Below, one piece after another: positions 38,027 to 46,920 of a DNA stretch of 64,000 nucleotides (positions are counted from its first letter, which is position 1; each line of letters opens with the position of its first letter). The DNA is from an uncultured Bacteroidales bacterium. Lineage in GTDB: Bacteria > Bacteroidota > Bacteroidia > Bacteroidales > JAADJA01. The notes under the pieces are model-generated. The model had not been told where the DNA came from, did no database searches, and saw only the letters and a program-made list of their open reading frames with translations. The position numbers and the translations under genes are program-made. The stretch lies in contig CAVXTE010000001.1 of NCBI GenBank assembly GCA_963764475.1, positions 31,982-95,981 on the forward strand. Reading direction: 5' to 3'.

Positions 38027-39766
38027 TCATTCGATATTCCTTTTTCGCAGTTTACTATGCCGGATGCTGTAAGTAAAATAGATTACCAGCCCGATCACCA
38101 GCCAGATCAGGAACCGCAGCCAGTTGGTGATACCTAATTCCGACATCAGGTACAAATTGGTTAATAAACCCAATACCGGAATCAGGGACATTTTTTTTAC
38201 TATAGATAAGATCGTTACCCCCAGTGCAACAAGTAAAAATAAAAACTGTGGTATTTTATCAAGAATCGTCTTTTCAAAAGTACTGGTTGCCTGACCCGAC
38301 GGAAAACTTAAAAAATTGCGGAGACCTTCCCGGTTGAATTGAATCAAGATGAAAATCAGTACAATAACAATAATGGGCATAAGGTAACGGGAATTAATAT
38401 AGGGTATAGAAAATTTTCCAGACGATTTTTTACCCTTTGTATCGAGTACCAGCACTCCGGCGCACACAAGAACAAAGGCAAACAATGTACCGATACTGGT
38501 GAGGTCAGTCATTTCAGTCAGGTTCGTAAACAAACTTGGCAATGAAACAAGGAGTCCTGTTATTATTGTAGAAAAAGCCGGTGTTTTGAACCGGGGATGA
38601 ATTTTCGCAAAACGTGGAGGCAGCAATCCGTCGCGGCTCATACTCATCCATATCCGGGGTTGTCCTACCTGAAAAACCAGCAGCACACTTGCCATAGCAA
38701 TGATAGCGCCGAAGGCGACGATACCTGCAAGCCAATCGAGTTTTAATTTCTGGAAAATAAATGCAAGCGGATCACCAACAGCCAGATATTTATAATTGAC
38801 TACTCCGGTCAATACGAGTGTAACCATAACATACAAAACCGTGCTGATCAACAGTGAAAGGATCATTGCGCGCGGTAAATCCCGTTGCGGATTTTTGCAT
38901 TCTTCTGCAGTTGTGGATATCGCATCGAACCCGATGTAAGCAAAAAATACAGCCGATACGCCTCTCAGTACCCCATTAACTCCGTTTGGTGCAAAAGGAT
39001 GCCAATTTTCTCTGTTGATATAAAATGCACCAATAACGATCACCATTAAAACAATAAATACCTTGAGGAAAACCATGATATTACCTGCGATCTTGCTTTC
39101 CCGGATACCAATATAAACAACCGTTGTAATAAAAACAACTACGCCAAAGGCCGGAATATTTGCAATGATTCGAACACCTCCAATTGCAGGTGCTTGTGTC
39201 CAGGCTGCGTACGCATGTCCGATATTTAGAGGAAACCCGGCAGGATCGACGCCCGTACCGATCAGTTTTGTTGCTTCCTTAAATCCGCGGGCCGCTGAAA
39301 GATAATCCATCGTGAGGTACTGGGGAATGCTGATGCCAAAGCCGTGTAAAAAGCTGGTAAAGTATTCGCTCCACGAGATAGCGACAGCAATATTGCCGAT
39401 GGAATATTCCATCAAAAGATCCCATCCTATGATCCATGCAAGGAGTTCTCCAAGTGAAGCATATGCGTATGTGTAAGCACTACCGCTCAAGGGAATACGT
39501 GAAGCAAAATCGGCATAGCACAATGCTGAAAAACCGCAGGCTACAGCCGTAAAAACAAACAACAATGAAACAGCGGGACCTCCATAAGCACTTGCATTTC
39601 CAATGGTGCTGAATATCCCGGCACCAACAATAGCCGCAATAGCAAGGGCTGTAAGATCAATTAAACGTAAATTTTTGGAAAGTCCAGGATGTCCGGCATC
39701 TTCAACTTTGGAATCAAGAAGAATGAGATCAATGCTTTTTTTATTGAAAAGTTGCTGAAAATTCAA
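38027..39766 (-). CDS. APC-superfamily amino acid permease (cationic amino acid transporter-like)
   Basis: 579 aa with about 14 TM segments. Contains typical APC motifs (GAGIF, FFAYIGFD). Confidence 0.8.
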   Translation of the reverse strand: MNFQQLFNKKSIDLILLDSKVEDAGHPGLSKNLRLIDLTALAIAAIVGAGIFSTIGNASAYGGPAVSLLFVFTAVACGFSALCYADFASRIPLSGSAYTYAYASLGELLAWIIGWDLLMEYSIGNIAVAISWSEYFTSFLHGFGISIPQYLTMDYLSAARGFKEATKLIGTGVDPAGFPLNIGHAYAAWTQAPAIGGVRIIANIPAFGVVVFITTVVYIGIRESKIAGNIMVFLKVFIVLMVIVIGAFYINRENWHPFAPNGVNGVLRGVSAVFFAYIGFDAISTTAEECKNPQRDLPRAMILSLLISTVLYVMVTLVLTGVVNYKYLAVGDPLAFIFQKLKLDWLAGIVAFGAIIAMASVLLVFQVGQPRIWMSMSRDGLLPPRFAKIHPRFKTPAFSTIITGLLVSLPSLFTNLTEMTDLTSIGTLFAFVLVCAGVLVLDTKGKKSSGKFSIPYINSRYLMPIIVIVLIFILIQFNREGLRNFLSFPSGQATSTFEKTILDKIPQFLFLLVALGVTILSIVKKMSLIPVLGLLTNLYLMSELGITNWLRFLIWLVIGLVIYFTYSIRHSKLRKRNIE

Positions 39767-39832
39767 ATCCTTATTTCGCTTTAGGGAGATAAAAGTAGAA
39801 TAAAAAATTCAAGCCGAACAATTCTGTTTGTT

Positions 39833-40843
39833 TTAAAGTTTCATGCCTTCTGTACAGTTCCTGCAGATATCGATTTGTTTCCGTTGTGTAAACACGCTTT
39901 TTCTAAAATTTTTATACGACCGGTTTCTCCAGATTTCCCTGAAAGTAGAATTTCTCATATTTCCAAGCCTGTATGTCGCATCTTTATCGAAGCAGCATGG
40001 AACAGTCAGCCCGTCCCAGGTAATTACACTGCTTGTCCACATACGCTGGCAACGGTTGGGAAATTTATTTTTAAAGACCCAGGTTCCGTCGGGTTTTTCT
40101 TTATATCTTGAATATTTTTCAATGCTTGGGATCAAGAGGTTTCCCTTCTCAAAATCGTTGATCTGAGCCGTTTTAAACTGAAGCTCATCAACACCCAGTT
40201 CCTTGCATAATTCTTTAATATCCTTCAACTGGTGTTCATTTGAACGAAATACAATAAACTGGACAATGATATGCGGGGTTTTGGATTTCAAATCCTTTTT
40301 CCATTTTACGACATTCTTGATACCTTCCAGTACACGGCGGTAGCGACCACCAACACGATATGAAGCATACGCTTTCTGCCCGATCCCATCGAGTGAAATG
40401 ATCAGCCGGTCAAGTCCAGATTCCACTGTTTTACGTGCATTTTCATCCGTTAGAAAATGGGCATTGGTCGATGTGGAAGTATAAATTTTATGTTCGCTGG
40501 CACGTTTTACAAATTCGAAAAAAGATGGATTCAGATACGGTTCACCCTGAAAATATAGCGTCAGATACAAAAGATGATCGCTCATCTGCGTCATGATTTT
40601 ATCAAAAAGATCCAGATTCAGCATGCCTGTATTTCGAGAAAAATGGCGCATTCCGGAAGGACATTCCGGACAACGGAGATTGCAGGAAGTAGTTGGTTCA
40701 ACCGAAATGGCGTAGGGCATTCCCCAATGAACAGAACCTTTGGATAAACCGCTAAGTACATAACTTGACCGAAGCAACAAGATGTTCCACAAGCGCTTGA
40801 AAGTAAGCTTCGATATTAAATTTATATAATCATTGATCACCAT
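39833..40843 (-). CDS. radical SAM enzyme with a C-terminal SPASM-like Cys-rich domain
   Basis: 336 aa. CNLRCPEC (CX3CX2C) cluster. C-terminal region CQRMW...VPCCFD...CRNCTEG. Confidence 0.75.
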   Translation of the reverse strand: MVINDYINLISKLTFKRLWNILLLRSSYVLSGLSKGSVHWGMPYAISVEPTTSCNLRCPECPSGMRHFSRNTGMLNLDLFDKIMTQMSDHLLYLTLYFQGEPYLNPSFFEFVKRASEHKIYTSTSTNAHFLTDENARKTVESGLDRLIISLDGIGQKAYASYRVGGRYRRVLEGIKNVVKWKKDLKSKTPHIIVQFIVFRSNEHQLKDIKELCKELGVDELQFKTAQINDFEKGNLLIPSIEKYSRYKEKPDGTWVFKNKFPNRCQRMWTSSVITWDGLTVPCCFDKDATYRLGNMRNSTFREIWRNRSYKNFRKSVFTQRKQIDICRNCTEGMKL

Positions 40844-40864
40844 TTAATTCACTTTTCAATGGTT

Positions 40865-40872
40865 CAAAAGTA
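40865..40872 (-). promoter_or_regulatory. Bacteroidota -7 box TActTTTG for the SPASM radical SAM gene
   Basis: Exact TAnnTTTG on the minus strand, 21 nt upstream of the ATG at 40843. Confidence 0.4.
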
Positions 40873-41096
40873 GGTATATTGAACCTTGTTTTTTGGGGAT
40901 AAAATTGCAAAATTACACTTCACTTTAGTCTGCCGGTATTTAAGCAGAATCAAACCTTTTTATCCTTTTCAAACAATATTCTCTTTTAAAAGTTTCAAAA
41001 AGCCGGCTATTTAATTGCATATGAAAGAATCCTGTAATAACGTAAGAATTCTTATTCAATCAGTTACCCAATATCGTTCGGAATTTTAAATTATTC

Positions 41097-42191
41097 CTAA
41101 ATATTTTCGGTGATTTTCTGAACTAGTTTTGATTGGCTAAAAAACTGTTTTGCAACAATTCGTAAAACTGTATAACCCGGTATGGCGAGGATCATTCCGG
41201 GAATTCCGGCTAGGCTGCCCGCCATCAAAATAACCAAAAATATTTCAATGGGGTGAGCATTCACAGAAGTGGAATAGATAAGCGGTTGAAGAACAAAATC
41301 ATCGATCAGCTTAACAACGATGAACGTTCCGAATATCACAGTGGCAATCGGTACAATGTTCTCATACGATTGCATGCTTAAATTTTCGGTAGTTCCTATT
41401 AATACGCCGATCATTGCTCCAATGATAGGTCCGAGATAAGGAATCACATTCATAAGACCTCCTAAAAACCCGATAAGCAAAGCACTTTTTACATTAAAAA
41501 AGGTTAATCCAATCGTAATCAGTGTCATGACAGTAAGCAACTCAATACTTAATCCGATAAAATAGCGCGATAAAAGTCTCCGCGTATCACCGATGATGAT
41601 AGCAGCTTTTTCTTCGTATTTTGTAGGAACAAAAAGCATAATACCATTGAAAAAAAGCCGTTCATCACGTAAAAAGAAAAAGGTCATAAAAATAACCGAG
41701 AACATGCCGATGAAAAGCGAGCCTGCAAACCCCACGACATTTCCAAAAATATGCCTGACCGAAGTCATATCAACCAGGGATTCGATCTCTGACGAAATCA
41801 TTGTTTCCAGCGTCTGATTCTTTTCGAGGATATTGTATTTCATCAATTGTTCTTCAAGATTGTGCAACGGTTTTTGCAACTGCTGGCCCAGGTATTGAAA
41901 ATCGATGTTGGATATTACGTTTGCCTGACGGTTTATAATCGGAACAAAAATTAAAAAAAGTGAAGTAAGTATGATCACCATAGTCAGCAAAGTAAGGACC
42001 GCACTAAAGGTATGCGGCATTCTGAATTTTTTGAAGTGTATCCTGTCGTACAGTCTTACGACGGGCTGTCCGATTATCGATAAAATACCGGCAATGAGAA
42101 CGTAAACCAGAATATCTGAAAAGAACCAGATAAGGTAAACGGCAACTAAAAATAAAATAATTCCGCCGGCAAGCTTTACGTAATAATTCAT
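41097..42191 (-). CDS. AI-2E family transporter (PerM/UPF0118)
   Basis: 364 aa with 7-8 TM segments and the typical IPYLGP / PGYTVL-type motifs. Confidence 0.75.
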   Translation of the reverse strand: MNYYVKLAGGIILFLVAVYLIWFFSDILVYVLIAGILSIIGQPVVRLYDRIHFKKFRMPHTFSAVLTLLTMVIILTSLFLIFVPIINRQANVISNIDFQYLGQQLQKPLHNLEEQLMKYNILEKNQTLETMISSEIESLVDMTSVRHIFGNVVGFAGSLFIGMFSVIFMTFFFLRDERLFFNGIMLFVPTKYEEKAAIIIGDTRRLLSRYFIGLSIELLTVMTLITIGLTFFNVKSALLIGFLGGLMNVIPYLGPIIGAMIGVLIGTTENLSMQSYENIVPIATVIFGTFIVVKLIDDFVLQPLIYSTSVNAHPIEIFLVILMAGSLAGIPGMILAIPGYTVLRIVAKQFFSQSKLVQKITENI

Positions 42192-42206
42192 GGAATATCT
42201 TTAGCA

Positions 42207-42214
42207 CAAAAGTA
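42207..42214 (-). promoter_or_regulatory. Bacteroidota -7 box TActTTTG for the AI-2E transporter gene
   Basis: Exact TAnnTTTG on the minus strand, 15 nt upstream of the ATG at 42191. Confidence 0.35.
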
Positions 42215-42421
42215 GAAATTATATCTTATTGAAAACTATAATTTGAGGGTTGATAAAACGTTCAATTAGTTAATCGGTTCAAGTTAAATTGTTGTGTTGC
42301 AATCGCATTTATTTTGCTTAAGCTGACGAACCTTTATTGTTTTTGATCGTTTTAAATATTGGCAACGGGAAAATAATATTAATTTAGCTCACTTTTTTCT
42401 AATTTCTTTCCGGAAATTGAA

Positions 42422-45400
42422 ATGACGGGGAACTTTACAACTGATAATAAATTTACATTTCGGGAAATACGTTTCGTATTGCTCTTGTTACTATTTGGGT
42501 TCGGATTAAAATTTGAAGCCAGGAGTCAGTTTTATAACGGATCGCAGATGAGTTTCGGGAAAAACCGCGTGCAGTACAAGGAATTTTTCTGGACCTACTA
42601 CAAGTTTGAAAAGTACGATATCTATTTTTACCTTGGTGGCAAGGAACTGGCATTATACACTGCCAAATATGCTAAGGAACACCTTGACGAAATCGAAGAT
42701 AAACTGGATACCGGCCTCGATGATAAAATCCAGTTCATTGTGTTTAATAACCTGACCGATCTAAAACAAAGCAACATCGGCCTTGTAAATGATGAGCATT
42801 ACAATACAGGAGGCGTGACCTATATTATCGGTAAGAAGGTTTTCCTCTATTTTAACGGCGACCACGATAATTTCGATAAACAGATAAAGGCCGGGATTGC
42901 TCAATCAATCGTCAACCAGTTGCTTTATGGAAGCTCAATCGGATCTCAAATAAAAAATACTTCCCTTTTCCCATTCCCTGACTGGTATATGAACGGCCTG
43001 GTTTCCTATATTTCGAATGACTGGGATACAAAAATTGACAACTGGGTCAAAGACGGAATACTGACCGGCAAGTTCGATAAGTTCAATCAGCTTACGGGTC
43101 AGGAAGCCACGTATGCTGGCCATGCTTTCTGGAGGTACATCGCAGAAAAATACGGTGAATCTACCATTTCAAATATCATTTACATGGCCAAGGTTAGCCG
43201 GCGGCTCGAAAGTGGATTTTTGTACATTCTGGGTATTTCTTTCAAAAACCTTCAGAAGGAAGCACTGGCTTATTACCGTGACATGTATAACACTTCCGAT
43301 TCGATCAGGGAATTCCCCAATGAATCAGTACTGAAAAAGGTGAAGGGAAAAATCGTATACAATCGTCTTAAGCTGAGTCCTGATGGCAATTATATCGCCT
43401 ACACATCAAACAGGGATGGATTGTTCAAGGTATATATTAAAGATCAGAATTCAGGCAAAACCAAACGGATCATACGCGGAGGTTACCGTCTGGAAGATAA
43501 AATTGATTATTCTTATCCGCTGCTTGCCTGGCATCCAACAGGAAAGATACTTGCAATGATAATTGAGCGAAAGGGGGAAGTGAACCTTTATTACTACCTA
43601 CTTGATGAAAAGAAACTGGAAAAAGTAATTTTGTACCAGTTCGAAAAAGTATTGGATATGGCTTATTCGGATGATGGCCTGTCACTGGTCATGTCGGCTG
43701 TACAGCTCGGACAATCGGATATTATTGTCTATAACATCGGGGCTAATTCGTTCCAACAAATTACCAAAGACCATTTCGACGATTTGAATCCGCGTTTTAT
43801 TAATCATTCGAAAGATATTATTTTCAGTTCGAACCGCTTCAGCGACACCATTCGGTTTGAAAACAAATACAATCCCGGAGATAAACAGAAACGATTCGAC
43901 TTATTCGTTTACCGCTATAAACAGGAAGACAATATTCTACGCAGAGTCACAAAAACACCGCTGGCAAACGAAATCGAACCGATGCAATATGAGGAAAATT
44001 ACGTCGCTTACCTTAGCGATCAAAACGGAATTTACAACCGTTATATCGGCCGGTTCGACAGTGCAATCAGCTTTATTGATACCACTTTACACTACCGGTA
44101 TTATGTCAATTCATTTCCTGTAACAAATTATTCAAGGAGTATACTGGATCAGGATGTTGTGCCGGGAATCAGAAAAGTTGCACAGGTACTTTACAAGGAC
44201 AGGAAATACTTTATGCAAATAGAGGATCAAACACCTGCTCATTCGCTTATTCCGGTCGAACTGAATAATACAGTATACATGGACAAGCTTATCAATGTGT
44301 ATGGTAAAGCGAAAAAGGAAAGTACAACATCAGGAAATGAGACAGGTCAGGTGAAGCCAAAAAAACAGCATGGGTTTAGTTCGGTAAGACAAAGTGACGC
44401 CATAAAAGAAATTCAACAAATCATTAAAACAGATACCACAAACAGTAATAAAAAGTTTGATATTTCGAATTATGAATTCGATCTGAAGAATTTTAAAACT
44501 AAAAACGGGAAGAACCTTGAATTTGGTGAGATAAATGTTCCGCTACCCGGCCAGAAAACGGAGGAAGAGCCCAAACGGATCAATTACAATGTGGAATATT
44601 TTATCAACCAGATTGTGACCCAGGTCGACTTTTCGTACCTGAACCAGATGTATCAGCCGTTTACCGGCGGGAATTCCCCCATTTTTCTAAATCCCGGATT
44701 CAATGTAATGCTAAAGGTCGGTTTGACGGATCTTCTGGAAGATTACCGGATCATTGGCGGTGTTAGGCTTAATCTGAACCTTGCAAACAATGAATACCTG
44801 CTAAGTTTTTCAAACCTGAAAAAACGGCTTGATAAAGAAATCGTATTTCACCGGAATGTTATCGAAAACTACAGTGATTATAATTCTGTGGTTCGTGTTT
44901 ATTCTCATGAACTCTATTATATGCTAAGGTGGCCTTTCAGTCCGATTCTGGCTGTTAAGGGTACGGCGCTTTACAGAAACGATTTATCGGTCTACATGTC
45001 AACTGATGTGGTAAACCTGTCGAAGGCCAATCAATATCAAAACCTCGGTGGTGCCAAAGGGGAACTAATCTATGACGATACTAAATCGCTTGGGTTGAAC
45101 CTTTATCAAGGTACCCGTTTCAAATTTTTCGGCGAATACTATTATTTTTTTGGTACGAACGGACAAAGCCTGAAAGTGGTCGGTTTTGACATCCGGAATT
45201 ATCAGCGTCTGCACCGCACGCTTATATGGGCGAACCGGTTTGCAGTAAGTTCTTCATTCGGTAAAAACAAGCTCATTTATTATATGGGTGGCGTGGATAA
45301 CTGGCTGTTTCCAAAATTTGACAATAATACACCGGTCGATCTAAGCCAGCATTATTCCTTTCAAACGCTTGCAACAAACATGCGTGGGTTCAGCCAGAAT

Positions 45401-45772
45401 ATCCGGAATGGGAACAGTTTTGCCGTGATCAACAGTGAAGTTCGTTTTCCGGTGTTCAGGTATTTTGCCAACCGGCCCATCAAGTCAGATTTTCTGAATA
45501 ATTTTCAGATTGTAGGTTTTGGTGATGTGGGCACAGCCTGGACAGGATTACAACCCTATTCTGAAGACAATTTCTTGTACACCAACACTGTCGATCAGAC
45601 ACCGTTGCATGTTACCGTTAAGGTTCAAAAAGATCCGATTGTCGGAGGATTTGGTTTTGGCGCACGAACGCGGCTGCTTGGTTATTTTCTTCGTGGCGAC
45701 CTCGCCTGGGGTGTTGAGGACCAGCAAGTCCAACCTTCTGTTTTCTACTTTAGTTTGAGTCTTGATTTTTAA
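42422..45772 (+). CDS. large outer-membrane protein: TolB/PD40-like beta-propeller region plus a C-terminal beta-barrel
   Basis: 1116 aa with a signal-like N-terminus. PD40-like SPDGNYIAYTSNRDGLFKVYI. The C-terminal third has alternating beta-strand character and ends ...FYFSLSLDF (terminal Phe). Confidence 0.55.
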   Translation: MTGNFTTDNKFTFREIRFVLLLLLFGFGLKFEARSQFYNGSQMSFGKNRVQYKEFFWTYYKFEKYDIYFYLGGKELALYTAKYAKEHLDEIEDKLDTGLDDKIQFIVFNNLTDLKQSNIGLVNDEHYNTGGVTYIIGKKVFLYFNGDHDNFDKQIKAGIAQSIVNQLLYGSSIGSQIKNTSLFPFPDWYMNGLVSYISNDWDTKIDNWVKDGILTGKFDKFNQLTGQEATYAGHAFWRYIAEKYGESTISNIIYMAKVSRRLESGFLYILGISFKNLQKEALAYYRDMYNTSDSIREFPNESVLKKVKGKIVYNRLKLSPDGNYIAYTSNRDGLFKVYIKDQNSGKTKRIIRGGYRLEDKIDYSYPLLAWHPTGKILAMIIERKGEVNLYYYLLDEKKLEKVILYQFEKVLDMAYSDDGLSLVMSAVQLGQSDIIVYNIGANSFQQITKDHFDDLNPRFINHSKDIIFSSNRFSDTIRFENKYNPGDKQKRFDLFVYRYKQEDNILRRVTKTPLANEIEPMQYEENYVAYLSDQNGIYNRYIGRFDSAISFIDTTLHYRYYVNSFPVTNYSRSILDQDVVPGIRKVAQVLYKDRKYFMQIEDQTPAHSLIPVELNNTVYMDKLINVYGKAKKESTTSGNETGQVKPKKQHGFSSVRQSDAIKEIQQIIKTDTTNSNKKFDISNYEFDLKNFKTKNGKNLEFGEINVPLPGQKTEEEPKRINYNVEYFINQIVTQVDFSYLNQMYQPFTGGNSPIFLNPGFNVMLKVGLTDLLEDYRIIGGVRLNLNLANNEYLLSFSNLKKRLDKEIVFHRNVIENYSDYNSVVRVYSHELYYMLRWPFSPILAVKGTALYRNDLSVYMSTDVVNLSKANQYQNLGGAKGELIYDDTKSLGLNLYQGTRFKFFGEYYYFFGTNGQSLKVVGFDIRNYQRLHRTLIWANRFAVSSSFGKNKLIYYMGGVDNWLFPKFDNNTPVDLSQHYSFQTLATNMRGFSQNIRNGNSFAVINSEVRFPVFRYFANRPIKSDFLNNFQIVGFGDVGTAWTGLQPYSEDNFLYTNTVDQTPLHVTVKVQKDPIVGGFGFGARTRLLGYFLRGDLAWGVEDQQVQPSVFYFSLSLDF

Positions 45773-45807
45773 CAGAACAATATGGAATTTAAGAAGGAAT
45801 CATTAAT

Positions 45808-46257
45808 ATGACAAAAATCAGAGTGACAAAAGAATTCACCTTTGAAATGGCCCATGCTTTATTGGGATACGACGGTTCGTGCAAATACATTCATGGCCAC
45901 TCTTATGGATTATCAGTAACAGTTGCAGGCGAACCAATAAAAGATGACAACCATCCGAAAAACGGCATGGTGATCGATTTTGGGGATCTGAAATACATTG
46001 TTAAATCTGCAGTAATCGAAGAATTCGACCATGCGCTGGTATTAAATAAAAAAACACCAAATACGCTATTTGTTGAAAACCGTGACTTATTTGACAAACT
46101 TATTCTTGTTGATTATCAGCCGACAAGTGAGAACCTTGTCGCCGATTTTGCAGATCGCATCCGAAAATTATTACCCCTTAATTTACAATTGTTTTCTCTG
46201 TGCCTCAGGGAAACTGCTACCTCTTATGCTGAATGGTCTGCCGGAGATAACATCTGA
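45808..46257 (+). CDS. queD: 6-carboxy-5,6,7,8-tetrahydropterin synthase
   Basis: 149 aa. FEMAHAL and CKYIHGHSY (Zn-binding His and catalytic Cys pattern). Confidence 0.85.
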   Translation: MTKIRVTKEFTFEMAHALLGYDGSCKYIHGHSYGLSVTVAGEPIKDDNHPKNGMVIDFGDLKYIVKSAVIEEFDHALVLNKKTPNTLFVENRDLFDKLILVDYQPTSENLVADFADRIRKLLPLNLQLFSLCLRETATSYAEWSAGDNI

Positions 46258-46437
46258 TCAATTGAATACATCAAAGATCACGTCACCGTATGTATTACCA
46301 TAATTCATTACACACCAGCTACGGAGTACTTTGACTTCTTCATTTTTCAGCCATTTGAGAGATTTCCTCAACTCTTTGTTGAATAACTCTTTATTAAAGC
46401 TAACTTTCTGTAAAACGATTTCAGTGTACTTCAACAT
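46258..46437 (-). CDS. 59-aa hypothetical protein (just below the ORF-track cutoff)
   Basis: Hand translation: MLKYTEIVLQKVSFNKELFNKELRKSLKWLKNEEVKVLRSWCVMNYGNTYGDVIFDVFN*. ATG at 46437, TGA at 46258-46260. Non-repetitive, helical-looking sequence. Confidence 0.45.
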   Translation of the reverse strand: MLKYTEIVLQKVSFNKELFNKELRKSLKWLKNEEVKVLRSWCVMNYGNTYGDVIFDVFN

Positions 46438-46890
46438 GACATCAGATTTTAAAAATTAAATAACTAAGTTTGCTTCAATTAATGGGTTCAATATCAATGA
46501 TTTTGTTATAATCAACTTCTAAACACCAAATATATGCCATTTTTATATATTATTGTGCATCTGGCATTTATTTCAAAGATCATTTTTTGTATTGTCTTAA
46601 AACAGGATGATTTGTGTATTTTTAAAACTTTCCGGTATATGCTCATCCTTTAACAAAATCATCAAAACAAGAAACGATTAATAACTGAAATTCGTGCAGG
46701 AAAAAATAAAGGTTTCTAACATTTAACATTTTTTTAGATTTGGCTTAAATATACCGAATATATTAGAAGATTTCTGTGGAAAGATCAGAAAACTGCAATA
46801 TGGCAACCTTTATGAACAAAGCCCCGTAAAAGTTCAGAGATTAGATTAAAAATTATCAGAAAATCTGTGACTTGTACAAAATAAAACCTT

Positions 46891-46898
46891 TAAATTTG
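46891..46898 (+). promoter_or_regulatory. Bacteroidota -7 box TAaaTTTG for korAB
   Basis: Exact TAnnTTTG, 22 nt upstream of the ATG at 46921. Confidence 0.4.
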
Positions 46899-46920
46899 CC
46901 CCAATTCTAAAATACTAAAA

